Shown here one piece after another: positions 12,903-27,104 of a stretch of 64,000 nt of DNA. Source of the stretch: Octopus sinensis (Eukaryota); NCBI RefSeq assembly GCF_006345805.1, contig NC_043005.1:98022001-98086000 (forward strand), written 5' to 3'. Below the pieces are notes generated by a model. That model had not been told where the DNA came from, did no database searches, and saw nothing but the letters and a program-made list of their open reading frames with translations. The position numbers were made by a program, and so were the translations under genes. Position 1 is the first letter of the stretch, and every line of letters starts with the position of its first letter.

Positions 12903-14976
12903 TTACTTGTTGTCCGAAAGTCCTTTGTTTTTCACCTCACAGTCTTCTTCCATGAGGTTTTTATATAATTTCTTTGATGAATATGTTTGAAATCTCCCTA
13001 CTGCATCAGGGTAAAGAGATTTCAGGGTGCTGTATGTGTTCGGTGTTACGTGTATTATTTTAATGTGTTGTGGTGGTGTTGTGCGTTTTCAGTGATGTTG
13101 GTGTTTGACCTAATGTGTTCCATTAGGTCGTGGCTGTTTGTGTTTATTGCTGTCAACATTGTTGTGGGGTTTGATGATGGTGTGTTTGTGTTGATGTGTT
13201 TGTTTTCTGTGGATGTTTTTGTTTCGGGAGTGGTGAATCTTCCTGCTTTGTTTGTTATCTTTTCTTTTCTTTCTTTTCCCCTTTTTCTTCTCCCCCCTGT
13301 GGCTATTTGCCAATCTTCTGTGTCTTCTTCGTCTAATGACAAATCAGAGGAATCAGAGCTTGGGAGGGGGAAAATATTGGGGTCTATTGTAGACTGTGTT
13401 GATTTTGTTGTTGGTGTTGGTTGGTGAGCGTTAGGGTGTGATGTATGGGGTTTTGGAGGTGGGGTGTGGGTATTTTGTGTTTGAGTGATTGTAGGTATTG
13501 TTGTGTTGTTTGGGGTGTCAATTTTGTGGGGATTTGGAGTAGTAATTGTTTCTTCATTTTCGATGCTTGTCTTTTTGGCAGATGTTCTTGGTTTGGGAGT
13601 TGGTTTATTCTTGGTTGTTGTTGTTGGTGTTGCTTCTGTTCTTGGTGCAGTTGGTGGTGTTGTTTGGTTGGTGAGGTTTGTTTTTTTTTGATTTTCTGTG
13701 ATTAGTCCTGTTTGTACAAATTGTGGTGTGGTAGTAAAGCTGGCTTTTTTGTTTTTTTCCGGCTGCTGTTGTTGTTGCTGCTGTTTTCTTGCGGCATATT
13801 TGCAATCTTTTTTTAGGCGTTGCTCACTGCCGCATATGTAGCGACGTGGTCTTCTGCCATCGACGACCACATACAACTTGTGGTCTTCTGATACACATAT
13901 CTGGGTGGGTATTTTCTTTATGTCATCTTGGTTTATGTGTAGTAGAAATTCTACTCTTTTTCCCACCCAGTTTTTGTGTTCCGTGACCGTAGTTTCTAAA
14001 ATTGTGAAATCTTCCATTTTCACACATAAGGCCTTTACTAGCCATAGATTGTTCGCAATTTTTGGGACATTGTTTAAAGTGATCTTAGTCACTTTCTGTC
14101 CACGATAGCTTGGTGTTAATGTCAGTTCATCTGAATGAAGAGTTAGTGTTGAGAAACGTTTTGCTAACTCTTCAGTGTGGAAGACCACTTGTATGTGTGC
14201 GAACTTGTTCCACCAAGTCACATACTCTTTGTAGTTCCAGATGGGTTTCAAGCAGTTTTCGATTTTGCTTGTGTTAGCCTTCTCTGGACTTTTTGTTTTC
14301 TTATTAATTATTTTATATATAATAGTTCTTTTTTTTTCATTTTCTAATATTTCTTGTGGTATGTTTATTTTTACTATACCATCTACTTCCGTTATTAAAA
14401 TTTTCGTATCTTTTATCTGCTGTGTAGTAAAATATACTGTTGTCTTTTTTCTTTTATCGCCTCGGCGAAATTTGTTGTTGTTTTGTTATTGTTGTTGCTG
14501 GTGGTGATGTTGTTGTTGGCTGCAGTTGGTAAAATCGGTGTATTTGGTTTGATTGTGCAAGTAGGAAGGGGTGGAAAATTACTTGCATAGTTTGTCCCTG
14601 TGTTCGAGCAGCTTTTGTCAATTTGTTTGGTGGTCACAGTCTTTTGTTTATTCCCTTCAGTTCTTGTTGTTGGAGGAAACAAGGTTTGAACGGAATTGTT
14701 GTTGTTGTTATTGTTGTTTTTGTTGTTGGTGTTGGCGGTGGTGTCAGTGGCAGAAGAGACAGCCGTGGCAGCAGATGTCAAAATGGTGGCGCAATTGTTG
14801 TTATTCTTGTTGTCATTGTTATTGTTGCTGTTGTTGGTAGTTAAGGTAGTGGATTAGGTGGCGGTGGTGGTGGTGGTGGAGGCGGTGGTGGTAGCAGTAG
14901 TAGTCTCATTGTTGTTGTTGTTAGTGGTGGTGGTGACAGTGCTGTTATTGCAAGTGGTTGCAGCGTTCACTGCCAT
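12903..14976 (-). pseudogene. ORF1 (gag-like nucleic-acid-binding protein) of the Tx1 element, disrupted
   Basis: ATG at 14976, Thr/Asn-rich N-terminus, in-frame TAA at 14854-14856, frameshifts near 14440 and 13060; degenerate zinc knuckle VVDGRRPR-RYICGSEQRLKKDC; ends 69 nt upstream of ORF2 ATG. Confidence 0.7.
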
Positions 14977-15298
14977 GTCATTCAGGTTTGCATTTTGCGT
15001 GCATGAGTTCTTTTTTCTTCTCCTAGCGTTTCCAGACTAGGAAAATGTTGGTCGATAAAGGAACGCGACCAGCGTTCTACAATACAATTTCTCGACATTT
15101 TCAAAATGTCAAGAAGAAAATTACACAAATTAAATAGGGTTGAAACTGCCCCTAGGGGCGAATTCCTCCCTCGGAAAAGCACTCAAACGAAAGTTGGGTG
15201 CCTTACACACCTTATTTACAAAAATGTACACAAAATATGGGCTATAAATAGTCAAAATAAACGATTACCTTCGGAACCGAAGTGACAGCACGTCCGTA

Positions 15299-15509
15299 GA
15301 TGGATAGATAGATAGATAGATATAGATAGATAGATGATAGATAGAAAGATAGATAGATGATAGATAGATAGATAAATAGATATATAGATGATAGATAGAA
15401 AGACAGATAGATGATAGATAGATAGATAAATAGATAGATAGCGAGATAGATAGATAGATGATAGATAGAAAGATAGATAGATGATAGATAGATAGATAGA
15501 TAGATAGAT

Positions 15510-15556
<47 letters not shown>

Positions 15557-15563
15557 GATAGAT

Positions 15564-15594
<31 letters not shown>

Positions 15595-15619
15595 GATAGA
15601 TGATAGATAGATGATAGAT

Positions 15620-15661
<42 letters not shown>

Positions 15662-15692
15662 AGATAGATGATAAATGGATAGATAGATAGAT
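15299..15692. repeat. (GATA)n microsatellite, right flank of Tx1 element
   Basis: Direct reading; same strand and same variant units (GAT, GAAA) as left array. Confidence 0.97.
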
Positions 15693-16807
15693 CAACCAGT
15701 ATATAAGCATCAATTACCCTTTCCACCTACTCCCTGTCAACTGCTTGAATATACACTAATTTCTCTCTTTCCCTTCTTTTTTTCTTCTTTTTCTTTGTCT
15801 AGCACCTATCCACTGATTTCCCACATACCTGCTTTCACATTCTGAACAACGGTTAACCATCCTGCATTTCATGTCCAATCTGATGATTGGGAAATGTGAA
15901 ATATGAAATAACTAGAAGTGACACGCAAGCTGCAATGGCCATGACCCTTGGCACTGACCCTTGGCACTGAGTTCCGTTTGGAGTTTCTGTCTTTGTACTC
16001 TTGTTTGCTTGCCCACCCTTCCACTTGACAACTGGTGTTGCTTTGTTTATGTCCCTATAACTTAGCCATTTACCAAAGGAGACCAAAAGGACTGTAGTTG
16101 AATTGTTCAACTGAAACCCCACCATATAAGATTTTGCTATTAAAATCGATCTTCAATAACTTCGTTATATACTTCTACAATACACAAAATATCTTTCAAT
16201 ATTTTATTTTTTCTAATACTTGTTTCAGTGATCTGACTGTGGCCATGCTGGGGCATTGCCTTGAAAGGTTATAATTGAACAAATCGACCTCAGGCAGAAA
16301 TGTTAGCAGGATGGGCGAAATGCTTAGCTGTACTTCGTCTGCCGCTACGTTCTAAGTTCAAATTCCACCGAGGTCGACTTTACCTTTCATCCTTTCGGGG
16401 TCAATAAATTAAGTACCAGTTACGCACTGAGGTCGATATAATCGACTTAATCCATTTGTCTGTCCTTGTTTGTCTCCTCTGTGTTTCAGTTTCCATCTGC
16501 CAAATCTACTCATAAGGCTTTGGGACTGAACCCAGAACCATGTGGTTGGGAAGTAAACCTTTTACCACACAGCTATACCTAATTTTTTTTAATGCAATTC
16601 CTAATAATATTTAATTATAAAATATAATAGGATTTTTTAAACATTAAATAATTATGAGGGTCCAGTTGTGTAAAATAGGAATTAAAGGGGTCCGTAGATA
16701 AAAAATGATTGAGAGGCACTGATCAAAGTGATGTCCCAGCATGGCCACAGTCCAATGACTGAAACAAGTAAAAGACAGACCAAAAATAGATTTTAGTTCC
16801 TATAGGT

Positions 16808-17200
16808 GCAGGAGTGGCTGTGTGGTAAGTAGCTTGCTTACCTACCACATGATTCCGGGTTCACCTTGGGCAAGTGTCTTCTACTATAGCCTCGGGCCAG
16901 CCAAAGCCTTGTGAGTGGATTTGGTTGACAGAAACTGAAAAGAAGCCCATCGTATATTTGTATATATATATATATATGTGTGTATGTGTGTGTGTTGTGT
17001 GTCTGTGTTTGTCTTCCCAACATCGCTTGACAACCAATGCTGGTGTGTTTACATCCCTGTAACTTAGCGGCTCGGCAAAAGTGACCGATGGAATAAGTAC
17101 TAGGCTTACAAAGAATAAGTCCTGGGATTGATTTGCTTGACTAAAAGGCGGTGCTCTAGCATGGCTGCAGTCTAATGACTGAAACAAGTAAAAGAGTAAA
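16808..17200 (+). mobile_element. tRNA-derived SINE family 'B', near full length; other copies ~21495-21780, 54500-54655(-), 57635-58050, 59650-59810, 60834-61250
   Basis: Conserved head gcaggagtggctgtgtggtaag, central microsatellite, tail ...gactgaaacaagtaaaagagt. Confidence 0.8.
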
Positions 17201-20200
17201 AGAGTGAAAGAGATAGAATGTCAGTTTATGATTTACAATGCAACATAGATAAAAATTAGACATTTAATTTTTGACAATATCAATGACAAGCAAATTGATT
17301 GTAATGTGTTTTACAAACCATAGAGTGTTCTTAATTTCATTTCTATGAAATAATGGGAAATAAGACACTGACTTAGAAACGTTTTGTCTGTTAACACACA
17401 GACACGACATAGTGTCATAACCAATTATTATCAATTTAGATGCTTTTTTGTCTTCTTCGGTAAAGTATGAATGTGAGTCAAACATATTCTCTCCCCAAAC
17501 CAGAGAAGCTCAAAGTAAACAGTATTTGTACCAATTTATTAAATTATTCTGATGGCCAGTTTAGCTTGTTTTTTTTATCAGATTAGAACATCAATGTTTC
17601 TAGAAAAGGCATAAATATTACCAGTTCCTAGTTTGTCTGCCCAATAAATTTCCTTTAGCCTTCTGGGGTCAGGTAGCAGTCAGTATTTCACTTGAGAAAC
17701 CAGTAGACAAATCACTGTTCCATGTTTTAACTCCTACTGCATCATGACTCCCATCGTAAGCCATTTTCAAGAAGAGATATTAAATTATTGGTTTGTAACA
17801 TGGGCACAAGAGCTTATATAATAGGGGAAGGGAAAATTAAGTTTAACCTCTGTTCCTGATTTAATGACACTCAAAGAGCGAAAAACATGGAGTTTATTGT
17901 GGTGAAATTGAAAAATCAGAATAAACAAGCTTAGTACAGCCAATGTAATTTACAAATTTGATTCTCGTTACCTTATCTCACTCTACCTCTTATCATACAC
18001 TTATTCCTTTTCTCCCACACATCCAGGGTCTCTGTCATCGTTTTCTCCCCCACTCTTATGCCCCTTCCGTCCTAGGTTACATTGTCATCTGTCATGGCCC
18101 TATCCTCTTGGTAACCTTGCTTTGACTATTTGTAGATCTTAGAATACTGAATATTCTTATCACTCATACCGCCTTCTAAATATCCTTCTCTTATCACTTT
18201 TCCCTATCATTCATGTTTCTGTCAATCATGTCTATCACTCTGTAAAGAAGTTGGTGAGTGAACAGACTGAGGGCTCATGAGGTTCTTTTAATCATGTCAA
18301 AAACGTAGCTGCCCCTTTAGCGCAGGTGCTACAAAACACACACCCAGTAACACACTGTAAAGTGTAAAGCCATGAGGAACTTTTGGTCTTGCAGAAGATA
18401 TGGTGACTCTCCAGTGCTAGTGCTATGTAAGAAGCATGTTCAATGCATCTAGTACACTTTGTAAAAGTTGTTGGTGTTATGAAGAATATTCAGATGCTGA
18501 AAGCAAACCAAAAAAACGATAATGACGATGATGACGATGGCAACGACAATGATGACAACGACAACAAAGACGATGACGATGACGGCAATGATAACAGCGA
18601 TGACAACGACAATGAGGAGGAGGAGGAGAAGGATATGCATGACAAAGAGACTTTCCATACAGTATCACAGTGGAATTGAACACAGATCCTTATGGCTACG
18701 AAACAAACTCTTAACAAGAATAATAAGTTAACACATTTAGAGTTCATTAGTTTGAACCAATAATACTCTGATTATGTTGATGACTGGATTTCGCCAATTT
18801 GAAGGCTAAAGGGTTATAAAAACACTTTTACTAGTTCCATCTTTGGCCATGCCAGTTCCAATAATTTGTGCAACTGTTTGCCTTGGCAGAACCATCCATC
18901 CGACACTAACACCAAAGACAAGGATTGGAAATGGTTTATATTTTTCTTTTAAATTTATTTGATATTTTTTTCTAACTGTTTTTCTTTACATATTATATTT
19001 AATTACAATCATTAAATAAACGATGCTATTGATATCTAACCCATGACACACAGACACAAATTATCAATAAAGTTTTAAACAAATAAACAAAACTCATTAA
19101 AGGAGAAACATGTTCTCGTTAAATCAAAATATATTGATTCTTGAAAATCTCACATGCAAATGATGCTATCATCATCATCAGCAGCAGCAGTAGCAGTAGC
19201 AGCAGTAGCAGTAGCAGCAGTAGCAGTAGCAGCAGTAGCAGTAGCAATACATACATACACTAAAATAGTATAAGCCACCACCACCACCACCAACATCTCC
19301 ATCATCCATGTGCTTACTTGACCTACAAGAATTAACTGCTAGAATTTCTCTCAAACCCCACTGTAATATAAAAAAAAAAAAATAATAATAAGGTATTTTG
19401 GACAATGTAGCCCCTGATAACCAACTGATGGGATGGTCATAGATGGAACATTTTTGATCATAAGTTGCTTGGTCAGGGATGAATTGGAGTTAAAGTCCAT
19501 GCCCGCCACTGCCATCCTGACTGATTAATATTGAGGGAACCTTAGGGTGGTGAGCTGGCAGACTTGTTAGCAAGCGGAGCAAAACGCTTTGTGACATTTC
19601 GTCCATCTTTAAGTTCTGAGTTCAAATTCTGCTGAGGGCAACTTTGCCTTTCATCCTTTTGGGGGTTGATAAAAGTAAGTACCAGCTGGACACTGGGGTT
19701 GATGTAATTGACTTATCTCCCACCCCTGAAGTTGCTGGCCTTGTGCCCCCAAAATCTGAAACCAATATTGAAGGAACTTCTTTGTGGTATCACAAATTGC
19801 TAGAAATAGGAGTATCACCCTCAAATCCCTTGCATCATTTCAAGAAATCGATTTGTTGTAAACATGATCCTGTGTTGCTTGCATATAAGAAAAAGAAGGG
19901 GTCATCATGTCTGGAATGCCTAGGTCTGCTCAATTGGAGCTGACCTAAGGTTAAACAACAGCAACATACCAAAACTACTGTGCTGCACCATCAACAGATG
20001 CTGCAGCCCAACTAATGCATCACCAACACAGAACAGTTGCATTCAACAACATCAAGTGGCACCATCACCTCATCACTATTACAGAGGCCATCCATCCATC
20101 CATCCATCCATTCATTTATTCATCTATCTGAAAAGCAGAATTGAAATTTTTGATACTTGCCCACATAAAAGGAAGTACATTCTATCATACCAGTATGTTC

Positions 20201-22390
20201 TGTTGTGACTATAATTGTCAGTTCCCCACCGCCAATTTCTGGGAATCAGCAAAGATTTGATCAGAACATACACAGATGTACTCACAGACACATAATTCAC
20301 TTTAATATGGCAAACATCCACTCCATAGATCCTTTTTACATCCCCCGCCACAGTATAAGGTTCTACACATATAGTGCCTCTACACACATTCCATACCTAT
20401 GCAAATACTCTAAAGAATTTAACCAAAACATAAAGAAAGTGCACACAAATGAGCACACAGGTACTTAAGCAGCCTTTGGACATCCATCCTCCCTCCCCTG
20501 ATAATGCTACACATATAGCACCACTGCACACATTCAAACTCTACTAGAACATCAACCTCAAAACATACACAAATTTCTAGAAAACTCTTGGTACTTTGCA
20601 ATGTTCCCAGATGTGGTTTTTCTTTGGTGCTAAGGGACATAACTCTTAACTTAATCCCTGCTTAATTTATTTCAGCATCTTTTACACAGCAACCACAAAC
20701 CAGATGTGTCTTTTCATCTCCAACAATAGAGAGCAGTAGTCATTTTCCTTCTATAACTGCCATCTCTGAAGAGTGCAGAGTTACATAATCAGGTTGTTAT
20801 CTAACACTCTGTTGAACCTCTAGTGTGAAACTGATTGGTAAGGTTGGCTGTAATGGATATATAACACTGTATACTTTGATTAATATATCCATGCCATTGA
20901 CAAATATGAGTGCATGTTTTTTTCTGACCTATACATTCTTATGTGTGTGTGTGTGTGGTGTGTGTGTGTGTGTGTGTGATACAAAGTGCCAAGAGTTTTA
21001 TACATTCATACATATACATACAAAAGGTTTCTACCAAACCTACTCACAAATCTTTGGTCAGCCTGGGGCTACAGTAGAAGACACTTGCCCAGTGGGACTT
21101 AATCCAAGACTGCATAGTTGGGAAACTAGGTTCTTAACCAAACAGCCACTTCTGTACCTACTTATGTGAATATTTATTTACATTTTTATTGGATTAGTTA
21201 GTATGCAGGCTCTGTGACTATGGTCTTTGCAGTCTCTCTGAGAAGTCCAGGCCTGTGATGGTTACTGCTGGTACTCTTGGCAATCTTTGCCAGTTTATGA
21301 AGAAACCAAGGTCATCAACACTGTTTTCTATAGCCTGCTGCATTGCATTATTCCAGTGACCATAATAGCTATATGTGGAGGCACAGTGGCCCAGTGTTTA
21401 GGGCAGCAGACATGCGGTCGGGAGACTGAGGTTTCGATTCCCAGACTGGGCGTTGTGTGTGTTTATTGAGTGAAAACACCTAAAAGCTCCACACGCAGGA
21501 GTGGCTGTGTGGTAAGTAGCTTGCTTACCAATCACATAGTTCAGGGTTCAGTGTCACTGCATGGCACCTTGGGCAAGTGTCTTCTACTATAGCCTCGGGC
21601 TGACCAAAGCCTTGTGAGTGGATTTGGTAGACGGAAACTGGAAGAAGCCTGTTGTATATATGTATATATATGTGTGTTTGTGTGTCTGTGTTTGTCGTCC
21701 CAACATCGCTTGACAACTGATGCTGGTGTGTTTATGTCCCTGTAACTTAGCAGTTTGGCAAAAGAGATCAATAAAATAAGAAACAAGTAAATGAGTAAGC
21801 AAAAACAAAAACAAAAACAGAACAAAAATGAAAAACAAAAAACCCACCAAAATGGTTGTGCTGATGACATATTTCCATTATCTAATTACTATCTTCTACA
21901 AAAAACATCAACCAAATATATTGTCATAAGATAGTGTTTTCTTTTGATAGAAATGAATTTCTTCTTAGCTAAAATCTATAGATTTATTCTGTAAAACAAT
22001 ATAGTATTGAGAAAAACAGTTTATAGACCAGTAATGTATAAAAATTATCCTTACAACATTTGAAGCATGTGAAATAAAAAAAAAAAGACTTCTTAGAGAG
22101 AAAACACTATAGATCTGAAAAGTCAGGAAAATAAGATTGTGTAATGTTCATGCCTTTCTTGAGAACGTCATCATTCTCTGAAATGGTGTTATCAATGAAT
22201 AAAAAATGAATCACATGGATTTGCATTGAAGCTCTGAATTGTAGATCTGGTCTGAAGATTCGGTTCACTTGATGCACTTGGCTTGTTGCACTATTCTCCC
22301 TCTCCGTTCTCTTGTGTTTGTCCATTGCAAACATTGTTAGCAGATGCACAATAGCAACAGTGTGTATACATTCAATTCCATATATATGCA

Positions 22391-22430
<40 letters not shown>

Positions 22431-22992
22431 GGTACAGAAAGAGAGATATGATTACAGAGAAAAAATATTTATGTCTAAAACAACAACTTCTTTACATCTC
22501 TCTAGGAAATGGAATTGATGTCTGCTAGACTACATTGTTTCCACATTTCTTCCATAATTGATAACCACATAACCCAACTAAATGACAAGAAGCTGCTGCA
22601 GTTTCTAGAAAATTCATTCTTTTCTTTTCTTTTCTCCTCTTTCTTTTGACTATTTTGTTTTCCTTCATATTTTAGTTTCTTGAGGAAAAAAAGTCGAAAT
22701 TTATTCAAGCCAATAAATTCACTTCCTGGCTTTGTTGTCTTCTATCTTCTTTTCCATAATGGTGTGTCTATGTTGGGAAGAATATTGCAGTCATTCAATT
22801 ATTGATTCTTGTCTTGAAACGACATCACTGTCAGGCGCAATTGGGCTATTAATGTAGATATTCCCGTAAAATTTCTAAATTGCAATGCATTCATGTTAAC
22901 ACTAAATTTGCATAAAACAAAAATTTTATAACCTTCATGAGTTCATCGTTTATATATAGAACAAAGTGATGAGAGAAATAGTGGAGGAGAGA

Positions 22993-23036
<44 letters not shown>

Positions 23037-23749
23037 GAGATAAAAGATAGTGGGTGATAGCTAAATAGTGTGGGATGATGAGAAATATAGAAAGATACGA
23101 AGACAAAAGATATGGAGATAAAAGAGCTTTATGGAAATATATAGATGCACAGAGAGAGAGAGAGAGAGAGGAGGGGGAGAGAGAGTGAGAGAGAGAGAGG
23201 GGTGAGTCGTAGGCAGTGAGAATAGAAAGATTAAGACAAAGAAGGAGGTAGTCAGAAGTGGAAGGATATAGAGAGAACAGGAGATAGAAAATGAGAGGGG
23301 GGGGGAGAAACAGAGAGAAATAAAAATAATAAAAAAAACAGAGAAAGAAAGAAAAATGAAAATAAGTTATTCACTCTTCTAATAATCAGAAATATACAAA
23401 CTGAAAGAAATAACAGAAAAGATGAAACAAATAAATTGGATATTTTTTTCAGATGATGATGCTGCTGATGATGCTGACGATGACGCTGATGATGATGATG
23501 AAGATTTTAACTGATTTGCATTGTTACTTATGAGTCTTAATATAATCACCTGAATTGTTTCAGTTTAGCCATTGTTGTATGTAAATAGAACATTTTACAT
23601 TTTGGTTTATGGTACTAGCAACAATTCCTGAATAAACCAGTTCCATATAAAATAAACTGCTATAAGCCTGCCCAACCTTTTTGTACTTATCTATTTATTT
23701 ATTTTACATAAACACACACACACACACACACATACATATATATAAATAC

Positions 23750-23781
<32 letters not shown>

Positions 23782-23910
23782 ATAAAAATATATGTATGAC
23801 ATATGTTTGTATGTATAGATGTACATATATGAATATATATATATATATTTATTTGCTTCTACCATTTTTTGCTTAGTTACAGTCAGAAAACAATATGTTG
23901 GTAATACATG

Positions 23911-23972
<62 letters not shown>

Positions 23973-24076
23973 CATATATGTATATGTGTATATGTATATA
24001 TAAAATTATATATATGATGTATGTATGTATGTATAAGTGTACATATATGAATATATATATATGAATATATATATAT

Positions 24077-24119
<43 letters not shown>

Positions 24120-24126
24120 TATATAT

Positions 24127-24166
<40 letters not shown>

Positions 24167-24167
24167 G

Positions 24168-24202
<35 letters not shown>

Positions 24203-24335
24203 AATATATATATACATATATATAAATATAAATATATATATACATATATATATATATAATATAAGTGTACATATATGAATATATATATATATATATGAAT
24301 ATATATAAATATATATATACATATATATATATGTG

Positions 24336-24423
<88 letters not shown>

Positions 24424-25170
24424 CGTATGTATGTATGTATATACTTATTTGTGTCTACCATTTTTTGCTCAGTTACAGTCGGAAAACAATATGGTGGTAA
24501 TCAGCATTGTGTTGTGATGTAAGATAATAATGTGAAACATATCATTTAAGCAGACAAAATATTCCATTTGTAATTCTAATGAATATTTTATGTTGGTTCA
24601 AAGACAAAACAAAGATGTCTTCAGAAATGTGATGAGTTATGATGCGGGTAAAAAAAACAAAAAACACAAACAAACCAAAATTGAAAACGAAGATGGAGAG
24701 GTCATGACTGGAAAGCCTTTCATAGTCTCCTTGATTGGAGTTGACCTGGGACTAAATTATAATGACAAAAGACAGCAGATATCATATACAACAGTATAAA
24801 CACAATATATATTCTTAGGTTGTGAGCTAATGAGGGAGCCAACTTCTAGAAATAGCAGCCAATTCTCCCTCAAATCATCCCTTGTCATATTATTAAAGAC
24901 AAGATACATATTATGGTACAGTTGTTTCGGTGCTGCCTGTTCAGCATCATTGCTTCAATGATGACTTGTTTGACATAAAATGTTTTAACGTTTCACTTCT
25001 TCTTCCCCGCATTCTCTGTGTATGTGTGGGAGTATAATTCTCTTTGTCTGTATGACAAGAGGAGAAAGTGTTTATGTTAATTGTGTTCAATTAATAAATT
25101 ACAATGTTTCTCTCTTTCCCTCTTTTTTTCCATTCTCTCTATATGCATGTGTTTATTTCTGTTATGTTCA

Positions 25171-25207
<37 letters not shown>

Positions 25208-25810
25208 CTAGTGCCAAAACATACTGTTACCAAAACAGGTTGAACGTCCAGTTAGTTGTTGCATATCATCAACATCCACCTAGCAGCACCCACTCATCTT
25301 CTTCTATGATAATATACACCCACATGTGCCTAAAACAATGGCCTGGCCATTGCTGGCATGCCTTTGATTACAGGTCTGTTTTAATTGGCCATGAGTGACC
25401 TGAGGTTGAGCAACAACCAACTACAATAACAAAGGACTATTCCATTCAACAACATAAGCATAAATTGCAACACTCCATGGGAGATTTTCTGAATGAATTG
25501 CATGGATAATTTCAGTTAATTGAAGTTTTTTCAGCTCATATTTTTAGAAGATGTCTGGCATCTGGCTGTTCTCAAGAAAACTCATCCACCACAACAGAAT
25601 TGATACTGGTACTGGTACCACATAAAAAGCACTTGTGCTGGTTCCACGTTAAGGGCCACTGGTGCTGGTGCCACATAAAAAGCATCCAGTGCACTCTGTT
25701 GGGTGGTTGACATTGGGAAGGGTATCCAGCCCTAGAAACCATACCAGAACAGACAATGGAACCTAGTTGTTGGCATTAGGAAGGACATCCAGACAAAGGT
25801 GCCTGGTGCA

Positions 25811-27104
25811 GCTCCTGGCCATACTAGCTCTTGGCCATACTAGCTCCTGGCCATACTAGCTCCTGGCCATACTAGGCCATACTAGCTCCTTGCCATACTA
25901 GCTCCTGGCCATACTAGTTCCTGGCCATACTAGCTCCTGGCCATACTAGCTCCTGGCTATACTAGGTCATACTGGCTCCTGGCCAAACTAGCTCCTGGCC
26001 ATACTAGTCCTGGCCATACTAGCTCCTGGCCATACTAGCTCCTGGCCATACTAGCTCCTGGCCATACTAGCTCCTGGCTATACCAACTCCTGGCCATACT
26101 AGCTCCTGGCAATACTAGGCCATACTAGCTCCTGGCCATACTAGCTCCTGGCCATACTAGTTCCTGGCCATACTAGCTCCTGGCCATACTAGCTCCTGGT
26201 GATACTAGGCCATACTAGCTCCTGGCCATACTAGGCCATACTAGCTCCTTGCCATACTAGCTCCAGGCCAAACTAGCTCCTGGCAATACTAGCTCCTTGC
26301 CATACTAGGCCATACTAGGTCTGTGCCATACTAGCTCCTGACATATACTAGCTCCTGGCCATACTAGCTCCTGGCCATACTAGCTCCTGGCCATACTAGT
26401 TCCTGGCCATACTAGACCATACTAGCTCCTGGCCATACTAGCTCCTGGCCATACTAACCCCTGACCATACTAGCTCCTGGCTATACTAGGCCATACTAGC
26501 TCCTGGCCATACTAGCTCCTGGCCATACTAGCTCCTGGCCATAGTAGCTCCTGGCTATACTAGCTCCTGACATACTAGCTCCTGGCCATACTAGCTCCTG
26601 GCCATACTAGTTCCTGGCCATACTAGCTCCTTGCCATACTAGCTCCTGACATACTAGTTCCTGGCCATACTAGCTCCTGGCCATACTAGCTCCTGGCCAT
26701 ACTAGCTCCTGGCCATACTAGTTCCTGGCCATACTAGCTCCTGGCGATACTAGCTCCTGGCCATACTAGTTCCTGGCCATACTAGGCCATACTAGCTCCT
26801 GGCTATACTAGGCCATACTAGCTCCTGGCGATACTAGGCCATACTAGCTCCTGACCATACTAGTTCCTGGCCATACTAGCTATGGCCACACTAGCTCCTG
26901 GCGATACTAGGCCATACTAGCTGCTGGCCATACTAGCTCCTGGCCATACTAGCTCCTGGCCATACTAGCTCCTGGCCATACTAGCTCCTGGCCATACTAG
27001 CTCCTGGCCATACTAGCTCCTGGCCATACTAGCTCTGGCGATACTCGCTCCTGGCTATACTAGGCCATACTGGCTCCTGGCTATACTAACTCCTGGCCAT
27101 ACTC
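25811..27104. repeat. 16-bp minisatellite (GGCCATACTAGCTCCT)n, ~80 unit equivalents with 10-bp GGCCATACTA interruptions
   Basis: Direct reading; embedded in an RTE-tail-type repeat ending ...tgtcaaacagtcc...aaatgatgatgat. Confidence 0.95.

Larger units (their letters stand above)
9121..15298 (-). mobile_element. Full-length (~6.2 kb) Tx1/L1-type non-LTR retrotransposon, inactivated
   Basis: 5'UTR, ORF1, ORF2 (APE-RT-CCHC), 3'UTR with AATAAA (tttatt at 9129-9134) abutting (TATC)n; both ends lie in (GATA)n. Confidence 0.9.

Noticed and set aside
15875-15900. CTGATGA-ttgg-GAAA
   Set aside because: Only 4 nt between core halves and no stem I/III; chance match
18443-18747. Acidic poly-D/N/E or poly-S/T ORFs
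   Set aside because: (GAT/GAC/AAC)n trinucleotide tract without coding support
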